A DNA stretch of 64,000 nucleotides from Macrostomum hystrix (taxonomy: Eukaryota; Animalia; Platyhelminthes): assembly GCA_950097015.1 (NCBI GenBank), contig CATNEN010000007.1:8556001-8620000 (forward strand). Direction: 5' to 3'. A program made the translations under genes and the position numbers. The notes under the pieces were generated by a model. That model did not search any database. It saw only the letters and a list, made by a program, of their open reading frames with translations, and had not been told where the DNA came from. Positions 1 to 11,338 of this stretch are shown here, one piece after another. Position 1 is the stretch's first letter, and every line of letters begins with the position of its first letter.

Positions 1-97
1 CAGCCTGCGAGCCACGAGACTGTACCGCGCTGGAGTCGATGAGCAACTTATCATGGAGACAAATGGTCCCAGAAGCATCGTCGGCGTGCGTCAGTAC

Positions 98-487
98 TGT
101 AGCGACTTTTGGTTACGCGATTTGTTTGTACTTGCTCTGATTGTGTCCCTCTTTTCTAAATCGCTGCAACCCCCTCCTTCCCCCTGCCCCTGCTACTCTC
201 CACGGCTGTACCCCAACCCCCCTTTCGTCTCTTTCCTTCGTCTGCCTATGTACATCTGAGGCGGGGTTTAACCCTATCCCTACTATCGATCGCTTCTCTC
301 CAGCCGCTAGTGTTTAAGTTCAAATATAACGTCTGGCCCTCTGGGCCTTTGTGAGTCATCCCCCATTGCGCTCTCTGTCTCGGTTGAGGTTTGGCCGTAA
401 AGACGGTGTCTTACTGCGAAGACTCAATTTATTGCATGGCTTCAACTCGCTTCGCTTCGTAAATCGTTATCACTTGAAGTAAAGACA
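98..487 (+). repeat. 5' LTR of BEL/Pao element
   Basis: TG...CA ends; near-identical to 5106-5475. Confidence 0.93.
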
Positions 488-3400
488 TGGCGCACGAACG
501 AAAATAAATAAGCCCTCTAGAAAAGTAAGTCGTCTGTCAGTCGTCTTCTCATCGATTCGGTCGAAGTTGCCGGCGGCCTCGCTCGCCTCTTCGTATGCTG
601 CCGGTCTCGCTCGCTTCTTCATCTGCCTGCCGGCTTCGTTCGCTCTACCGTCTACTGGCTCACGCCTGCCGGCCTCGCTCGCTCCCTCGAATACCGGCTG
701 GTGTCTGTCTCCCTATTTCGTGACTGTCTCATCAATTAACTGAACTGTCGAGATAAGTAATAATAGATTTTACTGATCGCAATCCTATATTTATCATCTG
801 TACTCGCTGGCGTTATTTTTACGTGTTTTCTCGTTATCTTGTAACTCAAACGTGTGCTTTTTTCTCTCTTATTGTTATTTTGTTCTTCACGCATCTTCTC
901 AAAGCTAAAATTATTCTGTTGCTTTCTCTGTCCTTTGAGTCTTTCTCTGCCTTTTTTTCTTCGCCACTTCTTCTGGTCTTGCTGTATCCGCTTGCGGCAT
1001 CCGTTGCGCTCTTCTCCTTGGGGTTCCGATCTTAGCCAGACTCACTTTCGCCAAGGTGGTCAATGGATGAAGCCATCAGAAAGAGAGCGGCCATTCGGTC
1101 CGTTGTGACAAAGACCATAAATTGAGCAGAGAAGTGGCTGTCAGCTGGAAGTGGACGTGATGACAAAATAAACGCTGAAGCTGAAGCATGCATTGATACT
1201 CTGAAGCAGAAACTGGGATTGATGGAGGAATTGGACCTGGACATTCAGAGTCAGATGGAAGAGGAAAAGCTGAGTCGTGAACAAGAAGAAGCTGATGAGT
1301 ATGCCTTCAGGTGTCGGAAGTACGTCAGATTGTTAGAGAAATAATTATCAAATGCGACTAAGTCTGTGACATCTGGACCTCAGGTCAAACTGCCGAAACG
1401 TCATATCACTAAATTTGACGGAACGGTGACGTCATGGCTAACGTATTGGGATCAGTTCTCCTCGTCAATCGTTTCGAATAATCAGCTATCGGACATCGAC
1501 AAGTTTAATTACCCTTTGGGATTCGCTCTCTGAATCAGCCAAGTCCTGCATTCGTAGACTGAGTGTTACTTCAGCTAATTACAAGGTAGCCATCGATCTT
1601 CTAGATCAACGCTTTGGTAAATCAGATCTGGTAATTCTAATGAACCAACTGTCAGATATTCACCTATCAGATGTGTCATTAGCAGGCTTACGTTCGTTTC
1701 ACGATGACATAGCTGCTGCCGTTCGAAGCTTGGAAGTTCAGGGAGTAATTTCGTCGGCTTATGAGGCATTACTGTTGCCTAATCTGCTTCGTAAGTGTCC
1801 AAGTGAATTTCGTCTTGACCTGATGAAGTGCGCGAGCCTGTCGAAGAAAGAAATCAACAACATGGCTGTTCTGCTGGAGTTTCTACAGACGGAAATTCAA
1901 GTTCGAGAGAACGCAGCAGTGGGCGGTAAGAAATCGAGCAACTCAAAAGCTGTAGTCGACATTGCCTAAGTCTTCGCTTACAACGTTAACCGTGCAGTCC
2001 CGAAATGATCGACAAGCTGTCATGAAGATCTTTTGTACGTACTGTGGCTCGGACCATACATCTGAGAAGTGTTCGAAGTTGGTCTCAGTGGATGCTCGAA
2101 TCGAATTTCTGAATAAGGAGCAGCGTTGCTTTCGGTGCCTCAGGTCAGGTCATTCATCAAGGACGTGTCATGATTCCCGGCGATGCAGAAACTGTTCAGG
2201 CGCTCACCATGTCAGCATCTGCAATTGTGGTCTGTCAGATGGATAGGGGTCGGGTTTCAAGGTGAAAGCAAAGAGCATCGATTCGACAGTCAAGAGTGGC
2301 GTGGTCCAGAACAAGACTTTTGCCAATGCGAAGAAGAAGGACGTCATTCTGCAGGTGCAGACTGGGAGTACGAACACGGCACAGAGTGAACCTGAATTTG
2401 TGGTTTCAACGGAAGGAAACTTTGCTCTCTCCATGTTTATCAATCGTAACCCCGCTGTCGCTCTTCCAGTTGCTAAGGCAATTCTGATTGCTCCTGACGG
2501 ACGTCGAGAACTACTGGTGAGGGTTCTGCTGGATACCGCAAGCAATCGGTCGTATATTCTAGAAGACGTATGCGACTTGCTCCAGTTTGAACGGTTTGCG
2601 GAGGAAAGTTTGAAAGTCTCTGCCTTTTCTGGAATCGCTACGACGGTGAACTCTTCAAGAGTGAAATTCCACATTCGCAAGGTTGACTCCATGGAGATCA
2701 TCAGATTGGAAGCTAATGTCGTAAAGCAGATCTGTCAGCCTCAGACTTCAGTTATCGTCAATTAGTTTCCTCACCTTCGTGATGTGGACCTAGCGGATCC
2801 ATATGACCCACGTGACATCAGTACTCCAATCTCTATCCTCGTAGGCTCAGATCAATACTTCCATATTGTAGGTGATAACGTGATTCGTGGCACCTCAGGA
2901 CCAGTCGCCATTTCCTCTAAGCTAGGATTCCTTCTCTGTGGTCCTCTAGCGATCGATGGGTCAGCCAAGGATGAGCCTATCGTTTCCGAAGATTCAGCTG
3001 ATTGTAGTACGGCTCAGACCTTGTGCTGCGCTATTCATGATGCCTTTGTCACAACTAACTCGTCGAAGTGTGACCTTTCTTCATTCTGGCGACTTGAAGC
3101 ACTAGGGATCAGTGAGCAAAAGGATGATTCCATGGAGGGTTCGTTTACCTGTAATCGAAGGCTCGAGAACGGTCGGTACAGCGTCAGTCTACCATGGAAA
3201 TACCCGGAAGGCTCAGTGCCGTTGGATGATCACTTCGACATGGCGTACAGTAGACTGTTGTCCACAACTCGTGCTCTGAGGAAGGATCCAGACACTCTGA
3301 CAAAGTATAGTGAAATCATTTCGGAACAGGAAGCTTCTGGCATAATCGAGAAGGTGCGCGAGAAAGATCTTGGCAAGAACACTTGTCATTATATGCCTCA

Positions 3401-5105
3401 TCACCACGTCATAAGTCAGACAGTGAGCACACAAAGATACGTATTGTGTTTGATGGATCTGCCAGACTTCGAAAAGGCGACTTCTCAATCAATGATCTAC
3501 TTCAAGCTGGTCCGACTGATGTCCCTCTGATCCCAGAAATTCTGATGAGATTTCGCAAACATCCGATCGCCATCATAGGAGACATACGAAAAGCCTTCTT
3601 GCAGATTGCCATCGAAAGTGAGGACAGAGACTATTTGAGATTTCTGTGGACTCACCCGAGTGAGTCGGACAAGGTTTTTCACTATCGCTTCTGTAGATTG
3701 CTGTTCGGTCTTACGTGCTCTCCTGGTGTCTTGAGAGCTACGATCCTTCAACACATTGATAGCCAGAAAAATAATTTTCCACTCGCCGCTGAGATTATTC
3801 GCAAAGACTTGTACGTCGACAATTTAGTGACAAGCTATAAATCTCTAAGTGACGCATTCAATCTCTACAAAGATGCAAAAAATATCTTCAACCTGACTGG
3901 CATGAATATGCGACAGTGGAAATCCAACTCAGATTCGGTCAACAGCTCGCTACCCGATCAGGATGTTGGTCATACAGAAAAAGTGCTTGGACTCCACTGG
4001 GACTCGGTCAGGGACACATTCGTCATGCAGTTTTCTGAGCTAGTTACCCACGTCAACGGATCCTCTCCAACCAAGAGGTCGATGCTAGGAGTACTTGCGT
4101 CTGTGTACGATCCGTTAGGAATCTTGTCACCCTCTTTGACTGCTGTCAAGGTGATGCTACAGAAACTGTGTGTTCGCAAGTCGGGTTGGGACGACGAACT
4201 TCCGCCAGAAATCGCCGAGAGTTGGAACCGTTGGTTATAGTCGTTGTCGAGCTCACGCTTCGAAGTTCCTCGCTACCTTTTCGCCGATCTCGATTCGGAG
4301 CCAGTTCGAATTCAGTGTCTACAGTGAATTCAGTGCCAGTGTCTACATTCAGACCTGGTCGGAAACAAACGACGTTTCAACGCATTTAATTCAGGCCAAA
4401 ACGCGCGTGGCACCGCTATCAAATCTTAGCATCGCTAGACTAGAACTGCTGGGAGCCCTAATCTTAGCTCGTCTAATACGCACGACTCTTGTTATCGCGT
4501 TTCCATCTGTTCTCATTCAATTACCTTTTTTTGCTTCCCTGACCCTCATTTGTACCCGGTAGTTATCATTCAAATGTAGAAGGTTGGCTTGGCAAAAAAA
4601 TTGGCAAATACGACTCGGCAGTCACAGTCGCATCCAGGAACACGAGCTCCGTCTTTGCGTGCATTGTGATGCCTGCCCACACGTGAATAGAAGCTGCAGC
4701 TCTCTGAGTTTTGCACGTGCTGCGGCAGCATCTCCTCAATTAGTTTCCACATTGAGGAAACAACTCGTCGCAACTCGGTTGCAAATTATCATATCATCAT
4801 TCAATATGTTAATGAGGGACTCGTGAACTTACTTGTAACGTTATTTTCAATATAATTTCTGTCGGCTAGGTCGTTGTCAGTTTTGTTAATTTTTGGCCAA
4901 CTAATCTATCTACTCGTAAAATCGTAGGTCATTGCTTAATCTTCTTGGAGGAAACATTTTTTTCGTCAATGCTCGTACTTGTGTGACTGTGTCCCTTCCA
5001 GTCTCTCGATATTGTCGTTTTTTTGTTCCGTTGCCCTTGTTCAATTGTTTCATGCTTACATGTAGTTCGAACTCGAAATGACAAAGTCTTTGTCATTTGG
5101 GGGAG

Positions 5106-5475
5106 TGTAGCGAATTTTGGTTTGTTTTGTTTGTACGTGCTCTGATTGTGTCTCTCTTTTCTAAATCGCTGCACCCCCTCCTTCCCCCTGCCCCTGCTAC
5201 TGTCCACGGCTGTACCCCAACCCCCCTTCGTCTGCCTATGTACATCTGAGGCGGGGTTTAACCCTATCCCTACTATCGATCGCTTCTCTCCAGCCGCTAG
5301 TGTTTAAGTTCAAATATAACGTCTGGCCCTCTGGGCCTTTGCGAGTCATCCCCTAATGCGCTCTGTCTCGTTTGAGGTTTGGCCGTAAAGACGGTCTCTT
5401 ACTGCGAAGACTCAATTTATTGCATGGCTTCAACTCGCTTCGCTTCGTAAATCGTTATCACTTGAAGTAAAGACA
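5106..5475 (+). repeat. 3' LTR of BEL/Pao element
   Basis: TG...CA ends; preceded by PPT and followed by TSD AGTAC. Confidence 0.93.
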
Positions 5476-5658
5476 AGTACAAACGAGCAAGTGACATAGA
5501 ACTTCAGGACTGCTCCGCAGTGATCGACGGTCGGCAGGTGCGGCGAGCAGCTCAAGAACAATCCGGCAGTGGAGAAGTCTCAATTCAATTTCATCTGACG
5601 AACTGCAGTGTGGTGATTAATAATTAGGCGGAAAAAATGATTTCAGCTACTCCATATA

Positions 5659-6803
5659 CACTCAGCAACATTGAAAAGTTTCCACCCTCGCGCAAGTTGT
5701 ACTCGTATATTTAGAGTTTCAAAACCGGTTTTTGTCGCCAGACTTGTGCCATAGACGATTGATGATTTCGTCAACACGCACTTGGGCCATAGACGCCAGA
5801 CAAGTCGAAGGAAACATTCGCATGTAGCAGACAGCAGTCAGCTTACACACAGAGCCGGCGGCTCAATATGCGCAGTACAACTAGGAGGGCGGACCGGCGA
5901 TTGCTGCGAATGTCGAAGGGAAGCCCGACATTGCCAGCCACCCTGCTACGGCTGATGTGGGCTGAAAGAAGCAGGCGAGGGGATTTCTGAGCGCCCAAAC
6001 CATCCGACGACAATAGCGGGAGTCGGGGCTCTGATCCCGTAAGATGCGCAAACGGCCACGCCTGACCCCAACCCATGTGGCCAGCCGGCAACAATGGGCA
6101 ATGCAAAGGGTCCAGTGGAGGCAGCAGCAGTGGCGGCGAGTGATTTTCGCGGATGAGAGCCGCTTTCGATTGTTCCATGCCGACGGCCGCATTCGAGTGT
6201 GGCGCCAGCCACGCCAGGAGATGCTGCCGCAGCACGTGCAAAACTCAGAGAGCTGCAGCTTCTATTCACGTGTGGGCAGGCATCACAATGCACGCAAAGA
6301 CGGAGCTCGTGTTCCTGGATGCGACTGTGACTGCCGAGTCGTATTTGCCAATTTTTTTGCCAAGCCAACCTTCTACAGACGCTGCTGCCCTTCATTGATG
6401 CTTCATGTGGTGGCGTGGGGAACAGCGTCCTCCAAGACGACAACGCCCCACCGCATCGCGCAGCCGCTGTGGTGCATCTGAAGGACTGACTACTTCGGAA
6501 TCACTGTCTACCGCGAATCACTGTCTACTGCATGGCAACAGCTACCGCAAGATTTTCTGCGACGCCTGGTTGTGGGTATGCCCGGAGAGTGTGCGCTCTG
6601 CTGCACGCACGTGGCTGCTGTACGCGTTACTGACCCTGTTCTGGGCAAGTTGGCACCAGATGCTCGCGTACTTTCTTTGCTGTTCGTTTGCTTCGTTCGA
6701 ATCCGGATTTTATATCTGTCTATGGCTCAAACCACAAATATCTCCACCTACCAAAACGTTGACCCATCGTGCGCTAGGGTGGAAACTTTTCAATGTTTCT
6801 GTG
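5659..6803 (+). mobile_element. Tc1-like DNA transposon, degenerate
   Basis: Imperfect TIRs of about 33 bp (CACTCAGCAACATTGAAAAGTTTCCACCCT / AGGGTGGAAACTTTTCAATGTTTCTGTG) flanked by TA. Transposase remnants RKRPRLT..H...R.QWA, WRRVIFADESRF, VWAGIT, QDDNAPPHR. Confidence 0.88.
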
Positions 6804-6909
6804 TAAATGTTTCTCACAGTTTCTCGCAACCATAGACTGCAAATTGAGCAGCCACTATTTTATATGAAATTCGATGCTGGCTCAGTCAGTCAGAGAGAAC
6901 AGTCTCGCT

Positions 6910-6984
6910 CACAGATTCTATATTATCTTTCTATTCTATTCTACTCTACAGATTCTATTCTACACAGATAATATAGAATCTGTG
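6910..6984. mobile_element. 75-bp MITE (hAT-like TSD)
   Basis: 19-bp perfect TIR CACAGATTCTATATTATCT; 8-bp direct repeat GTCTCGCT at 6902-6909 and 6985-6992. Confidence 0.75.
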
Positions 6985-7124
6985 GTCTCGCTAGCTTAGA
7001 GTTTAGACCATAGACTGCAAATTGAACGGCCACGATTTTATATGAAATTCGATGCTGGCTCAGTCAGTCAGTCAGTCAGAGAGAGAGATCAGTCTTGCTA
7101 GCTTCGAGTTTATTTGAATCCACG

Positions 7125-8478
7125 ATGGCCGACGCTGAAGAAGAATTAGACTTTTCTGTATTCTTGGACTCTTTTGAAGCCTCACCCGCCACCGATGTGA
7201 AGTTTCTGCCGTTGCTTGATACTACTCGTGTTGGTGAGGTGTTAAGTGCCGACGACGTGGAGCGTAGGATGGCGGAGAGTTTTCCCGACGCTACGCGTGC
7301 GAAGGAGAAGTGGGCTGTCAAGGTGTTTCGAACGTGGAAGGAAAGTCGCGTCCAGTTGCAAGCGCAAGGCGACGTGCCCGGACTCATGGTGATAAAGCCA
7401 CTTGAGGTGCTGTCAAAGTCTGAGGTGAATGAGCTTCTCCAATTCTTCGTCTTCGAGATTCGTAAGGAGAATGGAGAGAAATACCCACCGGGTAGTCTCA
7501 AGGACTTAGTGGCAATGATTCAGCACTACTATGTCTACACCTTGAAGCAGCAGTTGTCTATCTGGACGGACGCCGAATTTGCAACTACGCGGAGGGCCCT
7601 GGATGCTGCTATGCGTGAGACCGCCAAGGAAGGGAACATGAAGGGAACATGGGAGTCGGACTGCCGCCCCTATTGCTGCTGTGGATGAGGCCTCACTTTG
7701 GGATCGCGGAATGCTCGGAGATAGTACGCCTAAGATGCTGGTTTTCACGGTGATTTTCCTTATAGGGAAAGTGTTTGGGCTTCGTGGCGGACACGAGCTT
7801 CACTCTCTGGAGTATAACAAGCAGATCCAACTAACGAATGAGGGCGCTGAGGAGGTTCTGGTGTATGCCGAGACTGCGGTTTCCAAGACGTGACCCTGCG
7901 GCCTGAAGACGTTCAATCGACCGATCAAGAGAAACGCCGCTTACCATTCGTCGGATCACTACCGCTGTCTCATCTGCCTCTACAAGCGATACGTCAGCCT
8001 GCGTCCCGCCAACTGCTCGAAGCAGCAGCTCTTTTTGTCCTGGTTTCGCAGTGAAGCTGCTGTTAGTGCTGGGAAGTGTTTCCAGAACCAGGTTCTCGGG
8101 CGACACACTCTCGACTCTGTAGTGCGGACGCTGATGGACGGTCTACCTGAGCCGACCACTGGTTGCTACAGCAATCAGTCCCTGCGGAAGACATGTGCCA
8201 CAACATTGCGTGATGTTGGGATGTCGAGGCCTGAGATTGCCAAGGTTACTGGTCACAGTTCCGCTGCGCTTGAACGCTACATAGGCCCATCGGCCAAGGT
8301 TGCGAGGATTGCTTCCGACGCTTTGCAGGACTCCAGTCGTCCGACGAACGTCAGTGGTCCATCAAGCGGGCAACCTGCTGTAGCGGAGCCTGGCCGAAAC
8401 TCCGGTAAGTCCACTGCTGGCCACGGGGTCAAGTCTCTTGTCATCGAGGGTGGCAGGATCGAGATCAAATTCGACTAA
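7125..8478 (+). mobile_element. Crypton-type tyrosine recombinase gene, near full length, frameshifted
   Basis: ORFs 7095-7688, 7681-7893 and 8035-8478 give KWAVKVFRTW, FVFEIRKENGEKYPPGSL, LWDRGMLGDSTP, FGLRGGHEL (catalytic R), SKT, YSNQSLRKTCAT and TGHSSAALERY, typical of Crypton/ZMYM-KCTD1 DUF3504 YRs. Confidence 0.85.
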
Positions 8479-9041
8479 CGATGTTTACCTCACGCTGGGT
8501 ATTGACCGTTACTGCCACTGACTATTAACTACTTAGTTGTCGCTTATTCTACTGTTTGAACATGTTTGAAACGTTTCGCGTCAATAAATGATTTGCGGCC
8601 CATTATTTGGCGCCCATTATACGGTTTAATGGGCCCCGTTTTCGGGACCATTATATGGCACACTGGTTCAAGACTTCGCATTTTCCAACCATAGACGATA
8701 GATTCGTGGCTCAGAATGCGCCCATTAAACGTTCATTAACGACGAAATCGGATTTTATGGCAGTTTAAGCTACTCGGACGCACCCTTAGTCTACGCCTTT
8801 TAGCGGTCACCAATTCGAATTTTGATTGATGACCGCTAAGGCTGTCTATGGGCGAAGTTTTCTTGTCCAGATTAGTTGGAAGAAAGTGACAAAAAACTGG
8901 CCCACTGAGAATAGATTAAGCTGTGATAATCGTATAAAACCTTTGGCAGAGGCATGTCTTGTCCATTCCAACCCATTAGGGTTGATTCACATGTCGCAAG
9001 GTGATGTGACTGGTTCTACTTTATACGAAATAAAGGATCGC

Positions 9042-9514
9042 ATGGATCGTGAAAAGGATATGGACGCCATGATACTCGATGTGGACGAATTGGATCAGGC
9101 GGCTCTTGCGGCTATTGACGAACTTTTTCAAGAATCCGGGCTACTGTGGTCACTGAACTCGACGCAAATGGTGTACCCCTCAAGGACATTGGATCAATTA
9201 CTGGCCATAAGTCCGTGACTGCCACTGAGCGCTACCTTCGGCACGGTCGGAAGCGCGATGCTGAAATGGCAAATTTGTCAAGCGTCATCAGTTCCATCGG
9301 ATGCAATGACAATACCAAGGCAGTCGCATCAATCACCTTGCCTGCCGCAAGACCCTCTGTTGGGGCTGGTGCAATGACGACTCCTGACCAGCCTGGGCCG
9401 TCGAATCCTGACCTGGACCGTACGATTCAAGCCACCATGCATGCGATGAGTTCCGCCATCAATGGGACATTCTACAACTGTGCATTCCACCTGCACTTTT
9501 CCACTGGACCCTGA
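9042..9514 (+). mobile_element. Internally deleted Crypton-type YR gene
   Basis: Acidic N-terminal piece (MDAMILDVDELDQ...) joined out of frame to VTELDANGVPLKDIGSITGHKSVTATERY and a C-terminal FYNCAFHLHF tail. Confidence 0.7.
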
Positions 9515-10487
9515 GTACTGGAGCTGTTACGAAACTGTTTTCTGACGTCAATGAACATTCCTTAAAACTGACAGTTGCGCAACATTTAGAAAGCATTGAT
9601 GATAAACTTGCTTGCAATACCAAACCTGTTCACATTCTTTTGCTTCCCCATGTTTTGCTTATATGGTCCTTAACGTTATTGTTCTTATTATTGCTATCTT
9701 ATTAAAGTTATCCTATTATATACAATGCATTGAATTTGCTATAGCTTACGAATTTGAACTCACTTTTGACGAATTCGAAATTGAAAAGGTATATTAAACT
9801 TGAATAAACGTGTAAGTAAAATAAGCTTAAAGAGTATGTTACTGAATGTATTGTGCTAGCTAATGAAAATATTTAAGGAAAAAAAAAAGTGTCACGTGCG
9901 CAGAGAAAAAAGTATAATCAAAACTTTTTCGTTATGGAATTAAAAATTTGGAGAATTGTTACCTAAGTTACCTAAGCAATCTAGGTACATGTACTCCAGT
10001 TTTAAACACCTCAAACTCTGTAGAGTACATAACACAATTTTAGTTGTGCCAGTTAGGGAAAAGTGCAGAGGGGAATGCTGTTTCTAATGCTTGAGATGCA
10101 AAGGAATTCTGCAAAACGAACACGACATTGCCAAAGCTGTGAGTAGAGATGAAAAACGTCGAGGCAACTATTCTAAAACAAAAGTGCTAAAAGTTTAAGT
10201 ATGCGTTCTAAAAAGCTGGCCTAATAACAACACAATATGAGACACAATTAATAAGAGGCAGCGATGAAACACTGCATGGGACTAGAGATAGCGACTATTT
10301 GACTAGACGAGTGACGAGCGAATGACGAGATAATTGCACGGAGAACTACAACCTGCGAGTGTCCTTCCGAGCTGCATCTGTTCTCTGTACATGTGCAAAA
10401 TTTACCACTAGTTAATTGTAGAAACTTCACAAGCCCTGAGTGTGGATCGAGCCAGACAACCGAAAACTAATAATGATCTTAACGCCA

Positions 10488-10790
10488 GGGGGGTTGTAGC
10501 CTAGTGAATAGAGTGTCCGACTCACGATTTGAAGATCGGGGGTTCGATTCTCGACTATACTGGAAAAATTTGTGTCCTTTAGCAAGACACTAAACACTGC
10601 ATTGCTTCAGTTCACCCAGCTGTTAATTGGGACCAAGCATTAGCTGGGGTAATTAAGGCTGGGTCTCGCTTCCCTTCAGTCCATAGATTGAACAGCCGTA
10701 CGTAGCCTTTAGACGCAGCGCGCTATAGCTGCGGCTGTGCTGCCGGCTGCACATCAGGCCCGATTAGGGGAGGTGAAATAAATAATAAAT
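10488..10790 (+). mobile_element. tRNA-derived SINE
   Basis: A-box (TAGCCTAGTG) and B-box (GGTTCGATTC) head, core TGTGTCCTTTAGCAAGACAC...TGCTTCAGTTCACCCAGCTGT, AT-rich tail; second copy at 43502. Confidence 0.8.
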
Positions 10791-11338
10791 ATTATTAATA
10801 GGCCACTATTATTACGCCCACTGTTGAGGCCAGTACGGATCCTGGAATAATATAAAATTTATAGGAGGGCTGTGGACACTAGCTGGCACATAATTAGGTG
10901 ACAGTAGACCCGCAGCCAGCGAGGAGGCAATTCTGCCGAGCTGCACGAAAAGCAGATGGCCGCGGAATCGAGCTCAGGGACCTTAGTGCAAGAGGCAGAC
11001 GTGTTAGACCACCCCGGATCTGGGAAAGAAATCTGATAAATAATAGTCGAAGCAGACAGTTGTCTGCTTTAGGGTTGGAGCGGCTCACAGTTCAGAGCCA
11101 CAACACGGTAACAGAGAGGAATCTACAGTTTGGGAAGACACACTCGCCTAATCGTATACGCAGTGGTTATAAATGTCCGAATGCTCGGTATTTGAACGTT
11201 CAGCAACTAATAAACTGTTGCTGTGCTAGATTAGTTAAAACAATTTCCAGCAAAGAAACAGCTGACTCATAAATACTAGCCAGAAAAGAGAAATCTAACT
11301 TCTATCAAAACAGTTCAGCGATAAGAAAACAATAACTT

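Larger units (their letters stand above)
98..5475 (+). mobile_element. BEL/Pao LTR retrotransposon, defective (integrase missing)
   Basis: LTRs 98-487 and 5106-5475 (TGTAGCGA...AAGACA); 5-bp TSD AGTAC at 93-97 and 5476-5480; PBS TGGCGCACGAAC at 488 (tRNA-Lys-like); PPT GGGGGAG before 5106. Gag (KLPK...KFDG...W..YWDQF, three CCHC knuckles at about 2030-2225), protease LLDTAS, RT (DIRKAFLQI, YVDN) and RNase H (AKTRVAPL..IARLELLGA) are present with stops and frameshifts. Confidence 0.95.
1..5627 (+). pseudogene. C-terminal part of a Crypton-type (DUF3504-like) tyrosine recombinase, split by the BEL/Pao insertion (pieces 1-97 and 5481-5627)
   Basis: Removing the retroelement and one TSD gives one frame: SLRATRLYRAGVDEQLIMETNGPRSIVGVRQY|KRASDIELQDCSAVIDG...SIQFHLTNCSVVINN*. 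This matches the YR box II pattern (H)SLR...TGH.S...Y; TGH has decayed to NGP. The 5' part lies outside the window. Confidence 0.75.

Noticed and set aside
10488-10560. tRNA gene (also 43502-43570)
   Set aside because: A/B boxes are present, but there is no acceptor stem or CCA-type end and both continue into a shared SINE core
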